36,843 bases of DNA from an uncultured Bacteroidales bacterium (GCA_964345495.1 CAYFRV010000003.1:1-36843), one strand, 5' to 3'. Positions 1 through 8,284 are shown, counted from the stretch's first letter. Translations and numbers: made by a program. The notes: generated from the sequence alone by a model not told the origin.

Positions 1-178
1 ATTATTGATATCTAAATTAAGACCTAAAAGATCATCTGATTGGTCAAATACGAATCCCTTAAAATAATTTACTCATCCTTTACATGCCGAATATTACCGC
101 TGCCACTGCCGACTGCCTTCTGCTTACTTATTGGCAAATTGATGATCATTTTAAAATTTACCTCTACTTCTGAATTTG
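1..178 (-). repeat. Intergenic repeat element, copy D (inverted orientation, cut by the window edge)
   Basis: The reverse complement of 1-178 aligns with copy B. Shared blocks are GGCAAATTCAGAAGTAGAGGTAAATT at the end (161-180), a GGCAG-type micro-array, and AAGGAT.A.TAAAT.ATTTTAAGG.ATTCG.ATTTGACCAATCA. Confidence 0.7.
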
Positions 179-206
179 CCTAGAAATCAATTTCAATATT
201 GCGTCT

Positions 207-1304
207 TTACTTCACGAAATCTACATGATAAAGTTTGCTCCAACGTTTTCCCGTTAAAAATATACGGTCATTCTCCTTATCGTAGGCGATTCCATTTAAA
301 ACCTTGTCTCTGTGGTTCTTGTATTTATCAGGAACCAGATTGCTGCAGTCAATTCTCTCCAACACTTTTCCACTCTCAGGGTCAAAGCTTATGATATAGG
401 ATTCCTGCCAAACGTTAGCATACACTTTTCCGTTGATATACTCAAGTTCATTCAGATTATTAATAGACCCCTGATGATCATACACTTGTATTCTGTCTAA
501 CTCTGAGAACGTTTCCGGGTCAAGAAAGTAGATATTAGGTGAACCGTCGCTCATGATCAGCTTATCGCCATCGGTAGTCAAACCCCATCCCTGAGTGGGA
601 TACCTGACTTTACTGATTAGCTTAAATTTTTCCTTGTCGTATACAAAACCTGTTCTGGAAGTCCAGGTTAGCTGAATGATCTTATCTTTATAGGAAGTAA
701 TTCCTTCCCCAAAGTATTGATTTGGCAAACCATAAGCATTAATCAATTCTCCGGTCTCAAGTTTTACTTTCCGCAAAGACGACCTTCCACGCTGGCCTGT
801 ACCTTCATACAAAAAGCCGTCTTCGTAGAACAATCCCTGTGTATACGCGTCTTCACTATGTGGATAGGTTTTAACAATTTGCGCATTATATTTTTCCGGT
901 TGAATATCCGATTTGAAATTAAGCGTCCGGTAATGGGTTTCTTTATGTCCATTATTTAGAAAAATATCTATCCTGAATTGATTTTCACCAACTGACAATT
1001 CATCTGTGGTAACCGTGGACTGTTGCTTTTGTTCTCCCAGTCGAACTTTCAGATTGTTTTCTGCATATACAAGAGCGGAATCGCTTTTCAATGAATCAGG
1101 ATAAGAAAAAGAGATATTAACCTCATCGCCAATGGTGTATGTTTTATTATCTTTGGGTTCTGAAACATTGGTTACTTCTTTATACACCTCCTTTTTTTCA
1201 GAAGCCCCGTTCGCCTTATCTTGTCCTTTTTCTTTGGATTGCGAACATGAAAAAAGCACTAAATTGCTTATTATCAATATATTAATCAAACCACGAAAAT
1301 TCAT
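207..1304 (-). CDS. Glutaminyl-peptide cyclotransferase (beta-propeller plant/bacterial type), probable lipoprotein
   Basis: 365 aa ORF. The N-terminus has a signal peptide with a lipobox-like LVLFSCSQ. The core AYTQGLFYEDGFLYEGTGQRGRSSLRKVKLETGE is typical of the glutamine cyclotransferase family. Confidence 0.8.
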   Translation of the reverse strand: MNFRGLINILIISNLVLFSCSQSKEKGQDKANGASEKKEVYKEVTNVSEPKDNKTYTIGDEVNISFSYPDSLKSDSALVYAENNLKVRLGEQKQQSTVTTDELSVGENQFRIDIFLNNGHKETHYRTLNFKSDIQPEKYNAQIVKTYPHSEDAYTQGLFYEDGFLYEGTGQRGRSSLRKVKLETGELINAYGLPNQYFGEGITSYKDKIIQLTWTSRTGFVYDKEKFKLISKVRYPTQGWGLTTDGDKLIMSDGSPNIYFLDPETFSELDRIQVYDHQGSINNLNELEYINGKVYANVWQESYIISFDPESGKVLERIDCSNLVPDKYKNHRDKVLNGIAYDKENDRIFLTGKRWSKLYHVDFVK

Positions 1305-1355
1305 GTTTTATTTTTTTTTGCTGAATATATAACATTTAATGAATTGTTTACTTAG

Positions 1356-1793
1356 TTATCTTTTGCCAAAGATTTTCTTTAAAAAATTGCTCTTCCCGTC
1401 AGTTCCTTTTTTGAAATCCGGTTTTCCATAGATTTCAGGATGAAGAGCAGACCAAACTTCGCTCCATCCCGGGAAACCCCCAAGGTTTTTATCATCTATA
1501 AATAAATCCACGTCAATTTTACGGCTCATGGAAGGATCAAATTTTTCTTCCGGAAAACTCTTATTGACAGCATAAAACTCAATTCCGTTTTTACGGCAAA
1601 ATTCCACAGCCTCTTCCAGGTATTCTCCCCAGCGATATGTCCATAAAATAAGCTGATGCCCATTCTTTTGTAACTGCAACAAAGTTTCAAAAGCAAATAA
1701 TTTGGGTTTTCCAATTTTGGGGTAGCGATTCTCCACTATAGTCCCGTCAAAATCTACGGCTATCTTCATTTGGAAATCGTTTTTTTGAACCAT
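1356..1793 (-). CDS. Small HAD-superfamily-like hydrolase, function unknown
   Basis: 145 aa ORF with the HAD motif I MKIAVDFDGTIV near the N-terminus. An alternative ATG at 1769 would give MKIAV as the start. Confidence 0.5.
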   Translation of the reverse strand: MVQKNDFQMKIAVDFDGTIVENRYPKIGKPKLFAFETLLQLQKNGHQLILWTYRWGEYLEEAVEFCRKNGIEFYAVNKSFPEEKFDPSMSRKIDVDLFIDDKNLGGFPGWSEVWSALHPEIYGKPDFKKGTDGKSNFLKKIFGKR

Positions 1794-1942
1794 AAAGGCA
1801 TTTAAGTATCTTATAAGCTTATTTTAAAACCACTATCTTTTTCTTATCGGAATATATCATAACTACTTTTATCAATTACAAATATAATGATTTACCAGAA
1901 GCAATTGAAACGACAATGATTTTCAAAAAAGATTCTTTAATT

Positions 1943-3031
1943 CTATTTATTTCCTGCACTAAAGGCATATCGCAAAGTAAATATGTTAGAATATAAGGCC
2001 ACCGATTGGTCTCCGATATCCGTCAGTGCGTAATCGATGGAAAGGCCTTCATAATGAAGTCCTATACCTAAATTAGGCTGAAAAGAAAGTTCTTCATTCC
2101 GATCAATGTTTTCGATCATTTGGAAGTTTCCTACTCCCATACGCAAATAGGCCAGTTCTCTGTACCTGAATTGCACACCAATATGTGGATCAACACTAAA
2201 AACTTCTGAAGAAATCAGTGAATGCCTCATTCCATCTGTAAAAACATCAGCATCGACTTCAATAAGGCCATGAAAATCTTTATAAATGTGAAAATGGCGG
2301 GCTGCTCCCAGTAGAACCTTCGGCATAGTGAGTTCAATATTGTTATCCGGAGCTTGGTTGAACAAGCTATCCTGCACTTCAATCTCCAATTCATCGTCAT
2401 TAAAAGTCCATGCATTAAAAGTGGTAGTCGCATCCCGGAGAACAGCTCCAAAGCTCCATTGATTTTTATGATACTGAGCGCTAAGGTCGAAACCAAACCC
2501 ATAAGCATTAGCAAACTTCCCTACATTCCGGTAAACTATTTTTGCATTCCCACCAATTTGCAATCCTTCAATGGCGGTTTTTTTAGCATAAGAGATCAAA
2601 AACGCATAGTCAGCAGCAGTAAAATAGCTAATCCTGTCATAATCAATGTTTCCCTCATTATCAATCAGCTCAGTAGTATTGGGAATATTATCAACTCCAA
2701 AACGAATCATTGAAGCTCCGATGCGTTGATTCGAATCTATCGCCATTACACCACCTAAATAATCATACTTTGCCACGCCGGCAAAATACTCAGCGTGCAT
2801 TGCACCAATCTCAAAATCCTGTTCAATATTCAACATCCCGGAAGGATTCCAGTAGCCAGAAGTGACATCGCCGACATGAGCTACTGTTGAATTAGCCATA
2901 CCAAGAGATTTTGCACCAACTCCTATTGAAAGGAATTCATTACTGTATTTAGCTGTTTGGGATAGAGAAACATAAGCAGAAAAACAAATCAACAGGCCAA
3001 ATATCAATAATTTACGCATTTTTTCAATCAA
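1943..3031 (-). CDS. PorV/PorQ-family outer-membrane beta-barrel protein (T9SS-associated family)
   Basis: 362 aa ORF with a signal peptide. EFLSIGVGAKSLGMANSTVAHVGDVTSGYWNPSGM resembles the PorV/PorQ N-terminal signature. The rest is aromatic-rich alternating beta-strand sequence ending in F-containing strands. Confidence 0.55.
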   Translation of the reverse strand: MIEKMRKLLIFGLLICFSAYVSLSQTAKYSNEFLSIGVGAKSLGMANSTVAHVGDVTSGYWNPSGMLNIEQDFEIGAMHAEYFAGVAKYDYLGGVMAIDSNQRIGASMIRFGVDNIPNTTELIDNEGNIDYDRISYFTAADYAFLISYAKKTAIEGLQIGGNAKIVYRNVGKFANAYGFGFDLSAQYHKNQWSFGAVLRDATTTFNAWTFNDDELEIEVQDSLFNQAPDNNIELTMPKVLLGAARHFHIYKDFHGLIEVDADVFTDGMRHSLISSEVFSVDPHIGVQFRYRELAYLRMGVGNFQMIENIDRNEELSFQPNLGIGLHYEGLSIDYALTDIGDQSVALYSNIFTLRYAFSAGNK

Positions 3032-3068
3032 TCTCTGGTTTAATAATACGAAACTATGTAAATTAACT

Positions 3069-3076
3069 TATTTTTG
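3069..3076 (+). promoter_or_regulatory. Candidate Bacteroidota -7 promoter box (TATTTTTG)
   Basis: Exact match to the TAnnTTTG consensus, 32 nt upstream of the pssA start. Confidence 0.35.
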
Positions 3077-3107
3077 TAGAAAATATTGCAAAAAATAAAC
3101 ATCAGCT

Positions 3108-3845
3108 TTGAGATACATTATTAGACATACACCCAATGGAATTTCTCTATTGAATTTACTTGCCGGAGCTACGGCTGTGGTATTTTCAATCAATGGAAAT
3201 TTTTACATTGCAGGAATATTTATTTTAATTGCAGGATTGCTGGACTTTTTGGACGGACTTGTAGCTCGCCTTCTAAAGGCTTATACCCAAATTGGTAAAG
3301 ACCTAGACTCTTTAGCCGACATTATCAGCTTTGGGTTTGCCCCTTCTATTATGCTGCATATTTACTTAAAAAAGATCTTGCTGCCAAACTATCTGACTGC
3401 CGACATACTATATATTCCTATTGAACAGATGCTTATCATCTTTTCACCATTTTTATTGCTGGTATTTGCAGCAATTCGTTTGGCCCGTTTTAACGTGATA
3501 AGCGAAACACAAAAAGATTTTACAGGCTTACCCACACCAGCCAGTGCAATATTCTTTGCATCAGCAATTTTAAGCTTTGGCACCTCCTGGTTCAATGAAA
3601 TTTCAGTGTATGCATGGCACTGGGTAATTCTGATCATTGTATTCTCTTTTTTAATGATTATGCCTTTTCGAATGTTTTCACTAAAGTTTAAGCACTGGCG
3701 CTGGAAAGGCAATGAAAATCGATATGTTATTATTGGTATTTCGGCCATATTATTGGTAACATTGCAGTCATTAGGAATAAGTTTGGCAATTGTAGCCTAT
3801 ATTTTTCTTTCAGGTTTAATAAATGTGTTAGATATAAATCAGTAA
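3108..3845 (+). CDS. pssA: CDP-alcohol phosphatidyltransferase, phosphatidylserine synthase-like
   Basis: 245 aa multi-TM ORF with the family motif DFLDGLVARLLKAYTQIGKDLDSLADIISFG (DGx2ARx8Gx3Dx3D). The start is TTG; there is no nearby in-frame ATG. Confidence 0.8.
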   Translation: MRYIIRHTPNGISLLNLLAGATAVVFSINGNFYIAGIFILIAGLLDFLDGLVARLLKAYTQIGKDLDSLADIISFGFAPSIMLHIYLKKILLPNYLTADILYIPIEQMLIIFSPFLLLVFAAIRLARFNVISETQKDFTGLPTPASAIFFASAILSFGTSWFNEISVYAWHWVILIIVFSFLMIMPFRMFSLKFKHWRWKGNENRYVIIGISAILLVTLQSLGISLAIVAYIFLSGLINVLDINQ

Positions 3846-3849
3846 AGCC

Positions 3850-4110
3850 ATGAAATTCAAAGCAGAAATAAATGTAATGCCCTTAAAAAATCTTCTGGAT
3901 CCTCAGGGAAAAACAGTTCAACACAGTATGGAAAACATTGGCTTGAATGAAGTTTCCAATGTGCGCATTGGAAAACATATTACCATGGAACTCGAAGCTG
4001 AGAGTAAAGAACAAGCCATGGAGCGTGTGAACGAAGCTTGTAATAAGATCCTTGCAAATCCGGTTATGGAAGGTTTTGAATACAAGGTGAAAGAAGCAGA
4101 CGAAGAATAA
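3850..4110 (+). CDS. purS: Phosphoribosylformylglycinamidine synthase subunit PurS
   Basis: 86 aa ORF. The size and MKFKAEINVMPLKNLLDPQGKTVQHSMENIGL...VRIGKHITMELEA are typical of PurS. Confidence 0.9.
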   Translation: MKFKAEINVMPLKNLLDPQGKTVQHSMENIGLNEVSNVRIGKHITMELEAESKEQAMERVNEACNKILANPVMEGFEYKVKEADEE

Positions 4111-4128
4111 AACCTCTATTCATCGCTA

Positions 4129-4480
4129 AATTCAGAAGTAGAGGCAAAAATTAGATTTAGCATCAGTTTTCTAATAAGCAGTAAGCTATTGGCTATTAGC
4201 TGTTGGCTTCTAGCACAAAAAATCGTACTCGTCTAAACAACTAAACTCCTAAACATCTAAACAATAGAACAATTGAATGACCATCGAATGACCAGTGAAT
4301 TAAACCGTAAGGTTAAAAGTGGCAGCAGGGAGTGAATGGTAAATAACAAGACCGAATGTTAGAAAATTCTCTGCCAAAAGCTAAAGGCTAAAAGCAAAAG
4401 GCATAACTTGCAATAAGCAGCTAGAATATGAGGCATATAGAGGATAAATCATTAATTTTAAGATTACCCTGCTTCTGAAT
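4129..4480 (+). repeat. Intergenic repeat element, copy A (long form, ~352 bp) with inverted ends and internal micro-tandem arrays
   Basis: The left end AATTCAGAAGTAGAGG (4129-4144) is an inverted match to the right end CCCTGCTTCTGAAT (4467-4480). The left and right modules align with copies B, C and D. The interior holds arrays GCTNTTR x4 (4185-4214), CTAAACNN x4 (4233-4264), GAATGACCA x2 (4275-4300) and AAARGC x4 (4376-4402). Confidence 0.75.
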
Positions 4481-4498
4481 CTGTCCATAAAAAAACTG

Positions 4499-5614
4499 TC
4501 AATCAACGTTCTTATTGTCAGACTGTTTGTTCATAACATCAGCCTGTTTTTGAATGGATTCCTTATGAACTAATTGCAACAGCTCTTTAACAAAATCCTC
4601 AGATAGTCCTAATTTTGCGCCCTGTTTGACTCTTGACGAAATGATTTTTTCCCATCGCCTCAGCTGGAAAATAGTTACTTTATTTTTACTCTTAAACTCA
4701 CCAATCTTTTCTACTGCAGACATCCTCTGTGCCAACAATTCAATAATCTGTTTGTCAATAGAATCAATTTGTTCCCTCAGGGATTCAAGAATACCCGAAA
4801 ATTCCTTATCATTTGTTTCAATTTTACGGAACACAAGCTGATTAAGCAAATCCAGCAACTCTTCCGGGCTAAGCTGTTGCGCTACATCACTTAAAGCTTC
4901 GTCAGGTTTAATATGAGATTCTATCATCAACCCATTCATATTCAGATCAATTGCTTTTTGGCTGATTTCCCGGATATACTCACTGACACCGGATATATGG
5001 CTTGGATCACAGAAGATAGGTAAATTATTAAATTTCGTTTTCAGTTCAATCGGAATTTCCCATTTCGGAATATTTCGTAATTTGGTTGCTTCAAACGGAT
5101 AAAATCCTCTGTGTACAGCTGCCAGTTTTCGAATTCCATTATTATAAAAACGCTCAAGAGCTCCTATCCACATCGCAATATCCGGATTTATAGGATTCTT
5201 AACCAAAACAGGAATATCCACCCCTTTTATAGATTCAGCCAATTCCTGCACAGAGAATGGATTGGAAACAGTTCGTGCACCCACCCAAAACAAGTCAATA
5301 TCATATTGCATTGCCTTTTCAGCATGAGCAGGACTCGCCACCTCAACAGCTGTTTTAAAACCAAATTCTTCTTTTATTTGTTTAAGCCATTCCAGGCCTT
5401 TTTCGCCTATTCCTTCAAAAGTGCCCGGGCGGGTACGTGGCTTCCAAATTCCTGCGCGAAATAGATGAACTCTTCCGCTATTTTTCAACGCCCTGGCGGT
5501 TTTAAGCATCTGTGATTCTGACTCTGCAGAACAGGGCCCGCCAATAATTAAGAAATCACTGTTTATATCACTAAACCAATCGGATACAGAAAAAAGATCA
5601 TTAAAATAGTCCAT
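4499..5614 (-). CDS. Bifunctional 3-deoxy-7-phosphoheptulonate (DAHP) synthase / chorismate mutase
   Basis: 371 aa ORF. The N-terminal part is a type I-beta DAHP/KDO8P-synthase-like barrel (IIGGPCSAESE...). The C-terminal part is an AroQ chorismate mutase helix (LREQIDSIDKQIIELLAQRMSAVEKIGEFK). Confidence 0.85.
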   Translation of the reverse strand: MDYFNDLFSVSDWFSDINSDFLIIGGPCSAESESQMLKTARALKNSGRVHLFRAGIWKPRTRPGTFEGIGEKGLEWLKQIKEEFGFKTAVEVASPAHAEKAMQYDIDLFWVGARTVSNPFSVQELAESIKGVDIPVLVKNPINPDIAMWIGALERFYNNGIRKLAAVHRGFYPFEATKLRNIPKWEIPIELKTKFNNLPIFCDPSHISGVSEYIREISQKAIDLNMNGLMIESHIKPDEALSDVAQQLSPEELLDLLNQLVFRKIETNDKEFSGILESLREQIDSIDKQIIELLAQRMSAVEKIGEFKSKNKVTIFQLRRWEKIISSRVKQGAKLGLSEDFVKELLQLVHKESIQKQADVMNKQSDNKNVD

Positions 5615-5810
5615 TAGTATGAATTAATTTTTTTGCTCATAACATTGAATATTAAAATCCACATTTTAATAAAAACCTATGGATACTTACAGATTTATAT
5701 GATGTAAAAATAATTAAAATCTTATGGACGTAACCTGATTTTTATAACGACTTAACATCAAACAATTTAAAAAGTATAAACCCGAAATTTCACCATTAAA
5801 TCTTTTTATA

Positions 5811-5818
5811 TAAATTTG
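5811..5818 (+). promoter_or_regulatory. Candidate Bacteroidota -7 promoter box (TAAATTTG)
   Basis: Exact TAnnTTTG match, 21 nt upstream of the ATG at 5839. Confidence 0.35.
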
Positions 5819-5838
5819 CCAGCTTAAAAAAAATAGCT

Positions 5839-6471
5839 ATGGATACATTAATTTTTAATTTGCCTCTTATCGAATGGATTGGCTATATAGCATCCTTGCT
5901 GGTGCTTATATCTTTAATGCTTTCTTCAATTTTAAAACTCAGATTAGTTAATTTAATCGGCGCTGTTATATTCTCCTTTTACGGTTTTTTTATTGGTTCA
6001 TTGCCGGTAGGAATAATGAATCTGGTCATTTCAATGGCCAATATATATTACCTGTATCACTTATATTCACACAAAGAAAGATTTGATATTATAGAGGTAA
6101 AATCAGACTCTGCCTACTTGCACAAATTTATAGACCACTATCATGAAGATATTCTGAAATTTTTCCCTGATTTTTCAAATCTGGAGAACTCAGATATCAT
6201 ATTACTGGTATTTCGCGACTTAAAACCGGCCGGCGCTTTTATTGGTGTATCAAAAGATGAAAAAGAACTGGAAATAAAACTGGATTATGTAACTCCGCAG
6301 TATCGCGACTGTAAGCTGGGAAGATACATATATACTAAATTTTCCGATTTCTTTAAAGACAAAGGATACAAATTATTAACGTGTCAAACAAACATTAAGA
6401 CACACCAAAAGTATCTGAAAAAAATGGGATTTGCTTCAGAAGGGAAAAACACCTTTTCCTTTAAATTATAA
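5839..6471 (+). CDS. Membrane-anchored protein with a C-terminal GNAT-like acetyltransferase fold
   Basis: 210 aa ORF. About 75 aa at the N-terminus form 2-3 TM helices (YgjV-like). The C-terminus carries a GNAT-like motif (VTPQYRDCKLGRYIY ... YLKKMGF). Confidence 0.5.
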   Translation: MDTLIFNLPLIEWIGYIASLLVLISLMLSSILKLRLVNLIGAVIFSFYGFFIGSLPVGIMNLVISMANIYYLYHLYSHKERFDIIEVKSDSAYLHKFIDHYHEDILKFFPDFSNLENSDIILLVFRDLKPAGAFIGVSKDEKELEIKLDYVTPQYRDCKLGRYIYTKFSDFFKDKGYKLLTCQTNIKTHQKYLKKMGFASEGKNTFSFKL

Positions 6472-6483
6472 GATAGTAAGGTG

Positions 6484-6751
6484 AATTCAGAAGTAGAGGT
6501 AAATTAGAAAATTGCCATCAATTTTCTAATAAGTAAGCATCAGGCAATCAATAGACTGCAGTGGCAGTAGCAGCAAGCAGCCGAAATATGCGACATATAA
6601 AGGATAAATAAATATTTTAAGGAATTCGCATTTGACCAATCAAACAATTTTTTAACCTCGTTTTTGGATAAACCTGAGTGATTTTAGTGCTTCAAATTAT
6701 TGAACCACCATTAAATGAACTAATAATGAAAGATTTTATGTTCTTCTGAAT
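6484..6751 (+). repeat. Intergenic repeat element, copy B (~268 bp)
   Basis: The left end AATTCAGAAGTAGAGG (6484-6499) is inverted relative to the right end TTCTTCTGAAT (6741-6751). A perfect 11-bp hairpin TTAGAAAATTG-CCAT-CAATTTTCTAA lies at 6504-6529. A GCAGNN x4 array lies at 6558-6582. The conserved right module is GAAATATGCGACATATAAAGGATAAATAAATATTTTAAGGAATTCGCATTTGACCAATCA. Confidence 0.8.
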
Positions 6752-6760
6752 GTGCCTAAA

Positions 6761-8179
6761 TTAAAATCTACGGTATCCGCCTCCTTTCTTTTTCCCGGCA
6801 TTTTCAACAATTTTTTGCGAAAGTTGCTGATGCTTTTTTATGAGCGCGTTCTCATCGATATGATCTACAGTACCGTTACGAACTATAATTCTGCCGTTAA
6901 CAATTACATAATCAAATGGTTCCATAGCAACAGAGAATACCAGTGCAGCAAGCGGATCATGCAAGGCTCCGGAAAACTCAACCCGATCCATAGAGATTAG
7001 ATTCAGATCTGCTTGCTTTCCTTCTTTAATCTGACCGATATCCGAACGATTTAACACATCGCTTCCACCCCTTGTAGCCATATAAAAAACATCCTCAGCA
7101 GTCAGCCACTTTTCCTGTTCGCGAAGACGTGAAAGAAGCATAGCGTTACGTAGCTCCATCAGCATGTTAGAAGAATCGTTAGATGCTGAACCGTCAACCC
7201 CTAAACTAACTTTTACACCGGCCTGCAATAATTCTTTAATTTTTGCAATACCTGAACCCAACCGCATATTTGAAGTAGGACAGTGAGTAATCCCCATTTT
7301 AGACTTACCCGCTAGTTCAATTTCTTCCTCACTCAAATGAATTGAATGTGCAAACCATGCATTTTCTCTAATCCAACCGAGAGACTGAAGATAAGCGAAG
7401 GGTCGCATGCCATATTTTTCAATACAAAACTCCTGCTCATCAAGAGTTTCTGCAAGGTGAGTATGAATCTGCAAATTATACTCCTTCCCCATTTCAACTG
7501 TTTGCTTCATTAACTCGGGGGTTACGGAGAAAGGAGAACAGGGGCCCAGCGCAATACTTGTCATGGCACCCGGAGCCTCATCGTGGTATTTATTTATAAG
7601 ACGAACCGTATCTTCTTTTATGGCTTCTTCCGATTGTATGACGTCATCCGGGGGTAATCCACCATCCGATTTTCCCAATGACATCGAACCACGAGTGGGC
7701 TGAAACCTCATTCCCAGTTCCTGGGCTGCTTTAATCTCTGCATCTATCAATTTGCCGGAAGTAGAGGAAGGAAACAGGTAGTGATGATCAGAAGTAGTGG
7801 TACAACCGGATTTTAACAATTCCATCATGGCAAGTTTTGCTGCGTTATAAACTGCTTCTTCGGAAATTTCCCGCCAGATTTCATAATGTGTGATTAACCA
7901 CTGAAATAAGCCCTCATTCTGAACATTAAAAATATTCCGTGTCAAAGTCTGGTAAAAATGATGATGTGTATTGACAAAACCGGGAACAACCACCATTCGG
8001 CTGGCATCTATCTCCTCATCTGCTTTTCCGGTATAAGTTTCAGGTCCGGCAGAGCGGATAATCCCATCTTCAATATATATATGTCCGCCTTCGAAAGCAT
8101 TCACAAAATCACCGGTACCATATTCACCATCCATACGGGCACAAAGCATCGGGTTCTTAATTAAAATTGATTTGCTCAT
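6761..8179 (-). CDS. Amidohydrolase-superfamily deaminase, 8-oxoguanine/guanine deaminase-like (COG0402 chlorohydrolase group)
   Basis: VVVPGFVNTHHHFYQTLTRN is the signature of the 8-oxoguanine deaminase / isoxanthopterin deaminase subgroup. HTHLAE and GVDGSASND metal and catalytic motifs are present. I prefer the ATG at 8179 (MSKSILIKNP) to the TTG at 8224 used in the ORF track. Confidence 0.75.
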   Translation of the reverse strand: MSKSILIKNPMLCARMDGEYGTGDFVNAFEGGHIYIEDGIIRSAGPETYTGKADEEIDASRMVVVPGFVNTHHHFYQTLTRNIFNVQNEGLFQWLITHYEIWREISEEAVYNAAKLAMMELLKSGCTTTSDHHYLFPSSTSGKLIDAEIKAAQELGMRFQPTRGSMSLGKSDGGLPPDDVIQSEEAIKEDTVRLINKYHDEAPGAMTSIALGPCSPFSVTPELMKQTVEMGKEYNLQIHTHLAETLDEQEFCIEKYGMRPFAYLQSLGWIRENAWFAHSIHLSEEEIELAGKSKMGITHCPTSNMRLGSGIAKIKELLQAGVKVSLGVDGSASNDSSNMLMELRNAMLLSRLREQEKWLTAEDVFYMATRGGSDVLNRSDIGQIKEGKQADLNLISMDRVEFSGALHDPLAALVFSVAMEPFDYVIVNGRIIVRNGTVDHIDENALIKKHQQLSQKIVENAGKKKGGGYRRF

Positions 8180-8219
8180 GATTTTTGGAGTATAGTTTTT
8201 ATAATTCCTTTGAATTACT

Positions 8220-8258
8220 CGCAACGACCGCAGCGAAAGCTCGCAGCGAACGCAACGA
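8220..8258. repeat. GC-rich array of four CGCARCGA octamers in an operon-internal spacer
   Basis: The units are CGCAACGA (8220), CGCAGCGA (8229), CGCAGCGA (8242) and CGCAACGA (8251), spaced 9/13/9 bp apart. They sit in the 105-bp gap between two minus-strand genes. Confidence 0.6.
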
Positions 8259-8284
8259 AAAAATAATGTACTTCTAATCTTTCT

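Noticed and set aside
4185-4402. Possible CRISPR array suggested by regularly spaced short repeats
   Set aside because: The units are only 6-11 bp and directly abutting with no spacers. No cas genes are present. These are micro-tandem repeats, not CRISPR.
5678-5701. Mini-ORF ATGGATACTTACAGATTTATATGA resembling the first codons (ATGGATACATTA) of the downstream gene at 5839
   Set aside because: Only about 10 nt are shared, and in AT-rich intergenic DNA this is compatible with chance. There is no further alignment.
8180-8224. N-terminal extension of the deaminase ORF (MRVIQRNYKNYTPKI..., TTG start at 8224)
   Set aside because: The extension starts inside the CGCARCGA array and has no similarity to amidohydrolase N-termini. 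The ATG at 8179 gives the usual short lead-in before the beta-strand and HxH motif.
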